A stretch of 64,000 nt of DNA from Octopus sinensis (taxonomy: Eukaryota), in the NCBI RefSeq assembly GCF_006345805.1, contig NC_043010.1, forward strand, positions 18,228,001 to 18,292,000. Direction: 5' to 3'. Positions 1 to 12,102 of this stretch are shown here, one piece after another. Within the stretch, counting starts at the first letter, position 1. Each line of letters begins with the position of its first letter. The notes beneath the pieces were generated by a model, which saw nothing but the letters and a program-made list of their open reading frames with translations, was not told where the DNA came from and made no database searches. Position numbers and translations under genes: made by a program.

Positions 1-395
1 GTACATCATTTCAGCCAGGGGGTGCTGGTGTTGTCTTCTCTTTTCTTCACTCCACATTCACCTCACTAACATTAGATATAGTTTCTCATCATTATTGTCC
101 CCATTTTGATGTCCTCTTTCCCATGCTGCATGAGTTGGACAGACTTTGTTGACACTGATTTCGTAGGGCTGGTTGCCCTTCCTGTTGCCAGCCCTCACCT
201 ATTTCCAAGCAATGGGAATATTTCCTCACCAACCAGACATGTTCTCGCAGGATATTGGAAACAAAGGACACCGCTTGTATGACAGTGACACTCACTTACA
301 ACTATCAAGCAATCTCAAAGAAAGGAGACAGTAACACACACACTCATCTCGCTCTTTCTATCCTATCAGATAGGTAGATAGATCTCTCTCTCTCT

Positions 396-715
396 ATCAT
401 CATCATCATTTAACGTCCGTTTTCCATGCTAGCATAAGTTGGATGGTTCGACCGGGGTCTGGGAAGCCAGGAGGCTGCACCAGGCTCCAGTCTGATTTGG
501 CAGTGTTTCTACAGCTGGATGCCTTTCCTAACGCCAACCACTCCGTGAGTGTAGTGGGTGATTTTTACGTGCCACTGGCACAGGGGCCAGAGGAGGCTGG
601 CAAACAGCCACAATCGGTTGGTGCTTTCACGTGTCGCTGACACAGACGCCAATCAGGTGGCTCTCTGGCATCTGCCACGTTCGGACTGTGCTTTTTATGT
701 GTCACCGCTTAATTG
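396..715 (-). repeat. (GAT)n-tailed RTE-3'/SINE repeat copy
   Basis: catcatcatttaacgtccgttttccatgctagc...ctggatgcctttcctaacgccaaccactcc. Confidence 0.85.
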
Positions 716-2532
716 TGTTCCTTTCTATCAAAGAGCATAGGTTTGAAACATAAAAGACTTACTTACTTCCTGAGCATTAAACTAATACGTCTGTTTGTTG
801 TTTACACACCCGTCTTCGTTGTTTGTTTTGTTTTCTTGTAAATTCCAACTATATATATATATATATATATACACACGCATACATACATATACACACAACA
901 GGTTTCTTTCACTTTCCGTCTACCGAATCTACTACTCCCAAGGCTTTGGTTGGCTTGGGAGCTATAGTAGAGGGCACTTGCTTAAGGTATCACATTATGG
1001 AACTGAACCTGAGACCATGTGGTTGGGAAGCAAACTTCTTAACCACACCTCCACATTCTCTGCTCCCTTCTCTTCCATTCTGTTTCCAGTTCCCCTTTCT
1101 CTGTTTCAACCCTTTAGTATTCAGATTTCTCTGTCAACTCTAACGTTCACTTTGTTTTTAATTAATCCTGCATTATTTCACAGCTTCAAGATTCTAATGA
1201 TGTGATTGTTTATTCTTAGAATGATATTGTAAGGTAAGCGTAAGAGGCCAGATCTGGCTAGTTTCAATGCTAATGGGTTAAGTCAGTTTTATTATCCCAA
1301 TATACTGTTGCCTTCTTTTTCCTGTTTACCCTCACATGCTCTGTGCAACTGGAAGCAAGACTTGATGGAGAACAAACATTTCTAAGATGTGCACGATATA
1401 GTTCAATTGTTATTGTTTCACTCTAGGTTAACCATGACTGAGATACTTAACGATCACTAGTCCAGTCTACCTAGCTGTAAATATATACCACATGATGATG
1501 TAGCTCACTGTACTGTGTCCAAAACAGAGAACTGTCAGTGGATCGCTTTGTTGTATACAGGTACCACAGTGTATTCTACTTCTTCACTACACTGTCTCTG
1601 TCACCCACCTTCCTTGTCCTACTGAGGTAGCCAGGCATCACCTCAATATTAAGAGGGCTACTTCTGACCCCTCGTATACTCTAATCTCTCAGTTCCACTC
1701 CCTCTTTCATCTGAGAGGTCCTTGTCTTGTGACATTGCAAGTGCTGGTGCCACGAAAAAAAAAAACACCTGTGCTGCTGCCACATATAACACACAGGTTC
1801 TAGTGCCATGTAAAAAAAAACCCATGTTGGTACCACATTTAAAGTATCTAGTACAATCTGTAAAGTGGTTGGCATTAGGAAGGGCATCCAGCCCTAGAAA
1901 TCCCAATTGGAGCCTGGTGCAGTTCTCTGGCTTGCCAACTGCTGTCAAACTGTCCAACCCATGCCAGCATGGAAAACTGACATTAAATGATGATACACTG
2001 TATCCATAACTAAGCACTCTAAGTCATTCCACCTGGCCGTATGTAGGTGCCCCATGGTGGTATGGTTTAGTGTTGTTGCTATTGTAAGCATTTGCTGCAA
2101 TACTGTAAAGTTGACTGAGAATTCATTAGTAAATTAGATTTACCCAAGAAAGATTGGCACCTTATGTGAGGTGTATTATGTCTTAAGTGTTTAATGATAG
2201 AGAAACCAGATTTAAGAAGATAAGCAGGCAATAAAATAAAGGGTGAACATTGTAGAAATGGTTTGTCATGGGTAGGTTCCCCTCTCCCTTTCATAGGTTC
2301 AAATTGTGCCATGGCAGATAGATTTATTTTTGTTACCTTGTTTCTCATTTTAAGCTCATACGCATTGTTTTTGAAGGTTCTTTAAACATTTCGCATTTAA
2401 AGCAGCCTTCGCTGGCCCAAGTATTCTATCAGTTTTATGTTTGACTCATCCAGATCCAGTCTCTCACACCTACCCTACAATGTCATTCTAAAAATAAACA
2501 CTGACATCATCACAATCTTAAAGCTATGAAAT

Positions 2533-2740
2533 ATCATCATCATCATCATCATCGTTTAACGTCTGCTTTCCATGCTAGCATGGGTTGGACGATTTTGACT
2601 GAGGGCTGGCGAACCAGATGGCTGCACCAGGCTCCAATCTTGATCTGGCAGAGTTTCTACAGCTGGATGCCCTTCCTAACGCCAACCACTCCGAGAGTGT
2701 AGTGGCTGCTTTTTACATGCCACCGGCACAGGGGCCAGTC
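2533..2740 (-). repeat. (GAT)n-tailed repeat copy nested in a TTAA-type MITE (about 2385-2810)
   Basis: Same consensus; the flanks resume the MITE sequence on both sides. Confidence 0.75.
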
Positions 2741-2834
2741 ATGATTAATTCAAAACTACATGAATAAAATAAGTCGACAGAATATTCTGATTGCTACAGG
2801 GTTAAAGAATGGTTCTTTGTTCTTTAATTTCCAG

Positions 2835-2930
2835 ACGAGCAATAAGGAGAGGTGAGAGTGTGAAATATCTTGTTCAAGATGCTGTCATTGATTACATCAT
2901 CAAAGAGAAGCTGTACACATCAGAGGACAA
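2835..2930 (+). CDS. NMNAT: NMNAT (nicotinamide mononucleotide adenylyltransferase) C-terminal catalytic-domain exon; upstream exons lie outside the window
   Basis: ttccag acceptor. Phase-2 start, reads (R)RAIRRGESVKYLVQDAVIDYIIKEKLYTSED, matching the NMNAT1/3 motif [28 protein letters not shown] (recalled). Ends at AA|gtaaga; read-through gives K-stop (TAA 2932-2934). Confidence 0.85.
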
Positions 2931-3479
2931 GTAAGAGACTTTCCTGATTTCACAATCTTCACATTCTATTTACTTTGTTTCTCTGCCGCATTTCATAACA
3001 CACACACACTCTTGTCATATTCCACAATCCTCATTCTGTAGAACTCAAATTTCACAACCCATAATTTCCAATTCCCAACTCCAATAATGTCCTCATTGTT
3101 ATTTTACATCTGCATACCATTGCTGGCATGGGTTAGCATAGGTTATTGCAGCCCCAGTCAGTTCTCTTCGACAGGATGGGGACCATGTCTCACTCATACA
3201 TTCCATTGTTTAACACAGTTTCTGAGGTTGAATGCCTTTCCTCACACCAACCCCTCTACAGGGCTAATGTGAAAATCCTGTATAAAATGATGGAGCTCTC
3301 ACTGTCACTAGAAATGCTATTAAACCGTGCTACTGACTGAGCAGAATGTTTAGAAAAAAGGTGGAACTCTTTCAAGTAGACCCAACATTAGGGAACAGAT
3401 AATGAAGTTAAGAGCTAATATAGCGGGAATAGTAAACTTGACTTGACAGCATTCACCCGGGGTGGGTTGAGCTGGCTTC

Positions 3480-3890
3480 ATTCATCCTCAATGCTGCATC
3501 TCTCACAAATGCCGACCAGGCCTGGCAATTTGAGGCTAACGACCGTGTGATCTCCAACCACTCCTTATTCCAGTGGCGAACACCATAGATATGGGGGCCC
3601 TAAGTTGGGTTCCAGATCAGACTTGACTGTCATCAGCCAGGTTTTTTGTTGTTCACTACATTGCTTTCGCCAACCCTGAAGGGGAGCTGGGTTTTCTCCT
3701 GGTTGACGACGGAGGGCATGACCCAGCCAACACAGACGTCTCGTTAGGATGACTTGTCGGAGGGAGGTGATTCTGCACTGGTGTCGCACCGAATTGTTGG
3801 AGACAAAGTGATGCCATCGGACACGAGGGAATAGTAGATAAGGATATGAAGGCAGAAATCGTTGCGGAGATGCTGAAGTTGTCTGGCAAA
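3480..3890 (-). mobile_element. RTE-like ORF2 C-terminal relic
   Basis: RRLCWLGHALRR..KTWLMTVKSDL. Confidence 0.7.
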
Positions 3891-4650
3891 GTAGGACAAA
3901 TGTTACTGCCTTACAAAGTCAAACACGTAATACAGAAAGATATTATTTCTGGTGACTGGTTTAAAGGGCAAAGGAAATGTCCAAGGAACTAAAGAGACAT
4001 CAGATTGCTGGAGCAGAGTTATAGCACAACTGATGAGGTATATTTTTGGTTTTTATAATTGATGCCTGTTCTTAGCTAAGGGAGAAGTTTTAGGTAAGAA
4101 CAAATTTCTACTCGAAGCATTTATTGATTTAGAGAAAGCTTAGTTTCCCTAGTAAAGTGGATACAGGGGCTAGGGTTCAGAATAAATCTTGCAAAGACAC
4201 TGTTTTAATCAATATATAACGAATGCTGTATATTTGTTTAAATAATTGAAAATTGCCAGTCACATGGCTTGCAGGAGTTTGGTGTGAACTTGTCTGACCA
4301 TCCATAGGCTTCCCCTTTGAGAAACACTGATTTAACCTAAATTTGAAACAACAGCAAAAGACGGATTTCGACTGATGTACTTGCGCATACAAATGCATTT
4401 TCCCACGGCTTTATCGATCGCATTCTCACCTGGAATCGAGTTTTGTAATATTTTCAAGACTTATACATGCCCTGATACCGTCGGTATCTACATATCAAAT
4501 TTGAGTGCAATCGGACGGAGGATGTCTGAGATCCTAGGAGACACACACACAGAACGGATTTTATATAAGAGATAATCATTATTGTTAGCAAAAACATTTT
4601 CACACCTAGGAACCTGTTTTCTTGTTTCTTGAGCAAAAAAAATAAGGCTT

Positions 4651-4683
<33 letters not shown>

Positions 4684-4732
4684 TGTGTACAGTGCTCAGG
4701 TGCACTACAACTCATCTAAAGTGTATATATAA

Positions 4733-7498
4733 TCAGGTGTAGTTTCGGCGGATTTCGGAAAGCATGAGGGCCTTAAAAGATGCAGTGTCATGGCAGTCAA
4801 CAACTGACGCAGGCAGTTTATTCCATGCTTCAGCAACTCTGAGCGTGAAAAAATGTTTCCGAAAGTCATGAGAGCTGTATTGTTTTCTGACTTTGTAGGC
4901 ATGTCCACGTGTGTTAGACACATGGAGATCAAAAAGGTGTTCAGTGTTGTTGTTGGTGAGGTGGTTGATAACTTTGTGGGTGTTTACCAAGTCCGTCGCC
5001 AGACGCCGGAGCTTCAGTGAATCCATGCCCAGGGAAACAAGGCGCTCAGAATATGGTAGGTGTCTGATGGAGGGTATGCGTTTGGTTGCACGTCTCTGGA
5101 CAGATTCCAGGAGGTCAATGTTCTGTGCAAGATAGGGGTTCCAAACTGATGATGCAAATTCCAAGTGTGGTCGTACCATAGCTGTATACAGTTTTAAATA
5201 GATGGCTGGAGAGCGGCTAACAAAAGACCTGCTGAGTGATGCCAAGACACCCTCGGCCTTCCTGACAATCTTAGAGATATGCTTTGTCCAACGCAAATCA
5301 CTGCTGACAGTGATGCCTAGGTCACGCTCGCAAGAGGATTTCTTGATATCAGTGTTGTGGAGGGAGTATGTGAACGCAGGGTTTTTTCTCCCAAAATGCA
5401 TGGTGGTACACTTGTCCACAGCCAGTTTCAGTTGCCAGTCTGTGATCCATTGCTGCATTGTGTCTAGGTCTGATTGCAGGAAAGAGTTGTAGACATCAGG
5501 ATCTGTCCTCTTGATTTCAAGGTACAGCTTGATGTCGTCTGCATATTTCAATACTGTGGCATTCTTTAAATTGGCATCTATGTCGTTAATGTATGCCACA
5601 AACAAGAGGGGACCAAGGACAGATCCCTGTGGTACACCCGATGACATCTCATATGGTGTAGAGTGCTGTCCTAGAACTGTGACAACCTCCTTTCGGCTGA
5701 GGATGAAGGATTTCAACCAGTTAAAAAGGTCATCCCCCACACCCATTGCAGAGAGTTTCACCATAAGCCTTTTGTGTGGCACAGAGTTGAAAGCCTTAGC
5801 AAAGTCAAGGTAGACAACATCCACCCATGAGCCACTGTCAGTAATCTGAGTAATGTCCTCAAGGAACTCGACAAGCTGGTCACTGCAGCTGGAGTTAGGG
5901 ACAAATCCATATTGTGAGGGTCGGATGAGACTGTGAGAGCTCCAGAAGTTCCAGAGTGTTTCTCTGACACACGATTCCATCAGTTTTGCAATACAGCTAG
6001 TGAGACTGACTGGGCGATAGTTGACAGGTGATGTGCGGTCGCCCTTTTTGAACAGAGGAATGACACTGGCAGTTTTCCACTGCTCCGGAGTAGCACCATT
6101 GTTGAGACAGTACTGGAAGAAAATAGAAAGCTGGTGTAAAAGGAAGTGCCTGCCACGTTTGAGAAGCAGGTATGTAACTCCATCGAGACCAGGGGAGGCA
6201 TAGTTGCGCTTATTTTGAAGGTGACGTCGCAGCATTGCAGGTGTAAATTCCATAGTTGTTATGGAGTTTGCTGTTAGTGATGGTGAAGATGGTACATCTT
6301 GACTTTCAACAGTGAATATGTTTGCATAGCACTCGGCAATGAGTTCTGCGCATTACTTGGGGTCGTCAGTGATCTGGTTTGTGTGAGGGTTGCGAAGAGG
6401 GCCCACTGGAGAGTGAGGTCTCTGCTTTGAGTGCACATATTTCCAGAAAACCTTACTGTCAGGATTGGCTGCTATGCACTGTTCAAATTCAAGCACTGCT
6501 TTTTTTGTTACTTGCTTGAGATGGTTGGAGGATTTATTCCGCTTCTTCCTGTTGGTGTCTGATTTATGCAACCTGTATTCCTGTTCAGCAGTCCGACGTT
6601 CCCTCCTGGCAAGTCGGACCGCTGAAGTTGACCAAATTGCCCTTTTGGGGTGGTTCTTCTTTTTTTGTTTACGTGGCACTGATGCTGCACATGCTGCCCA
6701 TATTGAGTCCAGGATACTCTGGAGTATAGTATTTACATCTCCAGAGTTGTAGAATTCACGCCAGTTTGGGTGCTGTAGTTCAGTGTGGTACAGGTTCCAA
6801 TCTGCTCTCTTCCAATCGAAGGAAGCAGATTGGAGATGGTTCAGGTTTTTGTTGCCCGCAAGAGCCAGATTGGCGATGATCATAGCATGATCAGAGTCAC
6901 CTAGAGGTTCCTCCGTAGTGCAATTGATAACCGCTTCAGGAGTTGTGGTAAAGAGCAGGTCCAAGGTGTTGTCGCCTCTTGTTGGAGAGGTGACTACTTG
7001 TGACCAGTTTGAGTCCAGCACAAGCTCAACAAAATCGTTTGCACTCTGTGGCCAATGGAAGGTCTCCCAATCAATCTCAGGATGATTGAAATCGCCTGCA
7101 ATAAACACATAAGTGGCTGTTTTCCTGGCAGCAGTTCGGAGGACATTGCAAAGCTGTGTGTCCCGATGGTAACTTGGGGGATGATAAACAACGCCAAGCA
7201 GGAGTGTTGACATGGTCATACGCACGTCACAGAAAAAAACTTCTTCTTGTGATTCGTTCAAATTGGCACAAGGAATTACCAAAAAATTTGAACGAACGTA
7301 GACCATCACACCACCACCACGGCGGTTAGTGCGGTCCTTACGGAAGAGGTTGTACCCCGTAATGTTGAAAACCCCATCACAGAGTAAGGAATGCGCCCAT
7401 GTTTCCGTGACAGTGATGAAGTCAGGGTCAACACTTCTGACGTAGGCGTTGAACAAATGTATTTTGTTGCATAAACTGCGAGCATTTAAGGACAACAA
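4733..7498 (-). pseudogene. LINE ORF2 (endonuclease + reverse transcriptase) interrupted by one in-frame TAA at 6353-6355
   Basis: 33 open codons join the two track ORFs in frame; no ATG after the upstream TGA (7511-7513). Confidence 0.9.
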
Positions 7499-7554
7499 TT
7501 TGTACCCTGCTCACAGTTTATGATGGTGTGTAGAGGATGGCAGGTTGTTCTGGC

Positions 7555-8349
7555 TTAGTTTCCCTGAGTTGCTGTAGTCTTTTTAGTTATTGTGGGTAGA
7601 GAGCACTCAGACCAGCTGGTATCTCTCTTCCACGTTTCAGCAGTCTTGACAAATCTCCAGATTTGTCCATCTTCCCGAAGACTGAAGCTTTCCTGTAGAG
7701 CTGAGTTCCTATTCAGGGAAGCCACTACACGTAGCTTCGGACGTACATCGGACGTGTTCGGAAGGTGGTCCGATTTTCACGCCCAGCTTTAACTGAGGCC
7801 AGATGGTAAGAGGTTGCCTCAGTGTGGTCCGTAAAAGACAACTTGATGAGCCTAGGTTTTGGGCCAGGTCGTCCAAGGCGGATAGCACCCGTTGGGGGAA
7901 CGCAGCCTAGGTCTTTGGCTGAGTTGGCAGCAAAAGCCTGAAGATCAGCCATGTCTTCTGGCACCCCAATGGCAATGACTTCATGGGTGGCAGAATCCGC
8001 GGTCTTAAATGCGACAAGAGGTACAGGTACAGGGAGGTTCTTTAGCAGAGCATTCCGATAAGACCCCTCATTGTGGAGTCCAACCTGAATGGTTGCTTTT
8101 ATTCCTGCTACTTCCCCTTTTAAAGCACAGATCGATTGTTGCAGTTCTGCAAGAACCGCACTGGTCAATTGGTGTTGTTGTTGTTGCTGCTGTTGCTCTA
8201 GTTGTGGTTGATTTTGTTGTTGCTGTTGTTGTTGTTGATGTTGTTGCTGCTGCTGCTCTGGTTGTGGTTGATTTTGTTGTTGCTGCTGCTCTGGTTGTGG
8301 TTGATTTTGTTGTTAGAATAGAAAAATGTTTGGAGTGCTGTTTTGACAT
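7555..8349 (-). pseudogene. LINE ORF1 (Q-rich N-terminus, coiled-coil, RRM-like IRLGRPGPKPRLIKLSF), frameshifted
   Basis: A second frame continues LRVVASLN...TQGN* to 7555; the ATG at 8349 is out of frame with the polyQ/coiled-coil frame. Confidence 0.7.
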
Positions 8350-8856
8350 TGTCCCTGCTTCAGAATGTTATTTCATTGCTAAATATTTTTAAGTGACCTG
8401 AATAAGTAAAAAATCTGGGTTTTTTAAGGTTTGGTGAGTAGGGAAGGTGGGGGTAGAACTTCTCAGCGAAAAATGGATTTGTTTTCTTAGATTATCTTCA
8501 ATGAATGTGGCCTTGCATTATTATGTTATGGGATGGTTTCTTTTCTGTTGTACCCACTTCCCTTCTCTATACCCTTTTGCTTGAAATGATCTTGCACAAT
8601 GGACCAAAGTTTATTAAGTGCTAGGGGTAAGTCCCTGGGGCCTTGATGCAGACCCTCTTGTAGTGGGAAGTCAGAGTATTTGTTTGAAAATACATTACAG
8701 TGTCCCTAATAATTATTTATTAGAAGCTTTAGTTTCTAATCAGTAATACAGCACTCTACTTTTTGTATTGTGTACTTCCTTCATCTTGTCTATGTAATAA
8801 TTATGTATCCATTTATATTTGGTGTTTGTTTTAATTTTTTTTGTTTTTCATCACAG

Positions 8857-8890
8857 AGAAGAAAATACACATCAAGCCATATCAACCTAA
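8857..8890 (+). CDS. NMNAT: Candidate NMNAT terminal exon A (KEENTHQAIST*)
   Basis: Strong acceptor ttttttttgtttttcatcacag at 8856; phase-compatible with the 2930 donor; TAA 8888-8890. Confidence 0.45.
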
Positions 8891-10559
8891 GAACCCAGAC
8901 ACATTCGGAAACATGGCTTCTCCACATATTTTGTTATTTTTTGTTTGTTTGTTTGTTTTGTTTTTGATGATGAAAATAACAATAATTTGTGGTGTTACTC
9001 CAGCATGGCCTTGAATGACAGCTGTTCAGAAGCACTAAGCTGCTAAAGAGCATAACTATGACCATTTTCTTTCATTAAATGTTTTTTTTTTTATTGGTGA
9101 ATGAATGTCATTGATTGAATTGACCCAGTGTATGACTGGTATGTCTTTTGTATCTTCCCTCCCTCTGCCTTACTAGAATGGGTGGTGAACCTTGATTACA
9201 TTCAAATTAAGAATTTAGAGATCTACACTCTCGTTTTCACTCATTGATCTGATGATGACAAGAAAGACATGATACGAGAACAGAGTTCCAATTAATCTTA
9301 CCTGAAATGGTTAAAAAAGCAAAAGAAGCTAATACAGTTTTGTGGGGAGGTGCACTGGATTTAATTAACATATAGATTTGGCTCACACATACACCTGGGG
9401 CATCCTCTGAAGATTCTCTTGAAGATTTGGGAAGAAATATTTCCCATATGTTCCTCATGTGTTTATTGTTTTTACACATCTGCCACAGTCTTCCACAGCG
9501 TCCCTTATTTGTCCCCTGTCTGCACTGGGTACAATATGGAACTTCTACCTGTCCCTTTTTTACACATTGAACAGGGCTGTTTACCTGAACGGAGTCAAGT
9601 GCTGACTGGGTTTTCTTTTTTTTATCTGTTTACCAGAACTTTGCTCAGTTTCTTTCAAGGTCTTTTGATTCCAGGCTTTTCTGGGAGCTGACTGACAACT
9701 GTGCTCCGGTGAACTTGTACCTGCACACTAAATTTGTTTCTTTCACCTTATTGACAACATCCCTTTATATGGTTTGAATGGGTCTCATCAGTCATTCATT
9801 TGCTCCTAGCTTCTGCAGCAGATCGGGGAGCAAAGGACCCAGTCAAAGGGCACATTGCACCAGTTCAGGAAATGGACTAATGACCTTATCAGAAGCTCAA
9901 CACCTTAATCACTAAGCTACACACACACACACACAACCTGAAGTTAAAAATTTCCTGTGATATTTTCTTGCAATATTTTTTATAAAGTATTTTACTCCAC
10001 TGGAGCTTAATTCTAACAACCCATGCCAGCACAGACGTTGAATGATGCTGATGATGCTGATTACCTTTTCTACCTCTCTTTATTAATCCGCTCAATTATT
10101 ATTAAATGCGGGTTTGCTGACAACCATTAATTTTGCGTGGAAAGCAATTTTCTGTTATTTATTACATATTGTTTACTGTCATTGATTAGACATAAGACAG
10201 TGGATATTTGATAGTTTGGTGTGTGTTTGACAAGGAACTATGTACAGTGCAACTCCAATATTGTGGAGCTCCATGTTATACAGACAGTCTGGGAATGCAT
10301 TGCTGGGTCATTACAAACTTCTTTTCTCATTCATGTGGTTCCAGGTTGGATGACACATGCCTTATAAATGAAATTGGGGTAACCTTTCATGTGGAATGTT
10401 CCTTGAATTCAAAAGCATCAGCTGATTCTAATCTAGGGATTGTGTTCAATCAGTTTCTATTCTTGTATGCAGTATAATCAAATAATTACATATCTCCCCC
10501 GTTTTCGCTCCAGTGAGTGGAGTTGCAATTCTTTCAGTCTTTCCCACTCAACTCTCAAG

Positions 10560-11220
10560 GGCTTCCTTCATGCCATCTTCTTGGTGTGGTACTGGTGAAT
10601 CGCTTTGTGTTCTGCTATTGACATTGTCGGGTGACCATAGTTGAGAGCAATAGTCTAGATTGGCTGAGAACAAATGTCCCTCATAGGGTCAGCAATAACT
10701 TCCTTGTCTCTTCTCCCAAAAATTCTCAGAATCCATCTGGCCATTAGCCTGCACATTGCCACCTTCTTGGTGATAACTACATGAAACAAAGCATTTCTGC
10801 TCATACTAATTACCACGTCCTGCACAGTTTGACACTAGAATTTTTGTTCCTTTTGGTCCAAAGTAGCTTTGTTGCAGCATGTTAGCACAGCTGGCTGACT
10901 GACAGCAGAGGGCTTGGAAACTTTCCTGCATTAAATTGTATGGTTTTCTTCAGCCCATTTGCATATGGCTCCAAAATCTTTCTGTACAAGACTAGCATCA
11001 AGGAATCATGACTACTTCTGCCACATTTGTATCACTGGCACAACTAGTAAGAGTGGCTGCCTCTATAACTGATGGCTGGTCTGTGAGGGCCACCACAAAG
11101 AACAGCAGTTCTAAGATAGCTCCCTGATATGCTCCACTCACTATTAATGTCTCCTTGGAGAGGACCCATTGGCTACTTCAGCCTGGCTTCTATCTCAATC
11201 TTTTGAGTTGTCATGTAACG
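10560..11220 (-). mobile_element. Highly decayed CR1-like RT fragment
   Basis: Reverse strand retains caatttaatgcaggaaagtttccaagccct (QFNAGKFQAL-like) and a GVPQG/LGPLLF-like segment. Confidence 0.55.
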
Positions 11221-11318
11221 ACTATCTTAGTTTTACCACATCATCCTGTGATTAACCTTATCAAAGGTATTTACTACATTGAGGTGTATCATCATCCACA
11301 TCTGAGCGATTCATAAGT

Positions 11319-11382
<64 letters not shown>

Positions 11383-12068
11383 TATATATTGTGTGTATAT
11401 ATATGCATATGTGTATGTATTTTTGTGTGTATAAACTATACATGTATGTATGTATTGACTCTTTGCCTTTCCCTGTTTTTATTTGCTGTGTTATCTCCAC
11501 TGGATTCAGTAAGTACCATTCTCTGTTGTCACCTGGCACTACTCGATCCCTTACCAGTACTTCTACGTATCTCACATCCTACATAGACTTCCAAGAACAC
11601 ATCCATCTCACTCCCTTGACCTAATCACACAACACACACACTTTCCACTTCTCACTTCACTAGATAACTGGTCGGACTATTTAAATGGTAATTTGACCTT
11701 CCGGAAGCACTAAAGTTCCCTTAACGTGCATTGATATACTAGATAATGTACCCTTACAAAAATATGGGATGGTTGGAACCCTTCTGATCAGCACCTTCAT
11801 AATATTTGAATTTACAATTTATGCAGACATAATTCAACTTTTCTAGTGAACAAACCCTTAGAGAAAACTCCCCACTTTTATGATTGTCTTCATCCTTAAT
11901 GACCCCTGATTCTGCTTGCATTCAGATCCTCCAACAAAGGATCTGAAATAATGAGAAAGTAAATTTCACTAATTATTACTGACAGATCTTTCTTTATCTT
12001 ATCTTCTTGTCCATTCCTCAGACCATGTCTGTGAGAATCAGCAAGTTGACCTCTTTCCATCTTGCATT

Positions 12069-12102
<34 letters not shown>

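Larger units (their letters stand above)
4652..8349 (-). mobile_element. Near full-length CR1-clade LINE (ORF1 + APE-RT ORF2 + (ATT)n tail), antisense in the NMNAT intron
   Basis: APE endonuclease ORF 6353..7498; RT ORF 4733..6253 (YLDFAKAFNSV, GVPQGSVLGP, YADD) in the same frame; ORF1 7725..8168; tail 4652-4682. Confidence 0.93.

Noticed and set aside
4370-4575. Helitron-like 5' end (TCTCTTATATAAAA) on the minus strand
   Set aside because: No matching hairpin/CTAG 3' end could be identified, so it was not listed as a feature.
8009-8392. Val/Ala-rich plus-strand ORF resembling a membrane protein
   Set aside because: It is the antisense reading of the CAA/CAG minisatellite at the LINE 5' end.
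9296-9325. Minus-strand pyrimidine tract + AG|GTAAGA (recursive-splice-like motif)
   Set aside because: No minus-strand transcription unit is supported here (WDR6 ends at 17230).
9810-9915. Fourth phase-compatible NMNAT terminal exon candidate (NFCSRSGSKGP...HLNH*)
   Set aside because: Weaker acceptor, in sequence that looks like repeat debris; cannot be distinguished from chance without RNA data.
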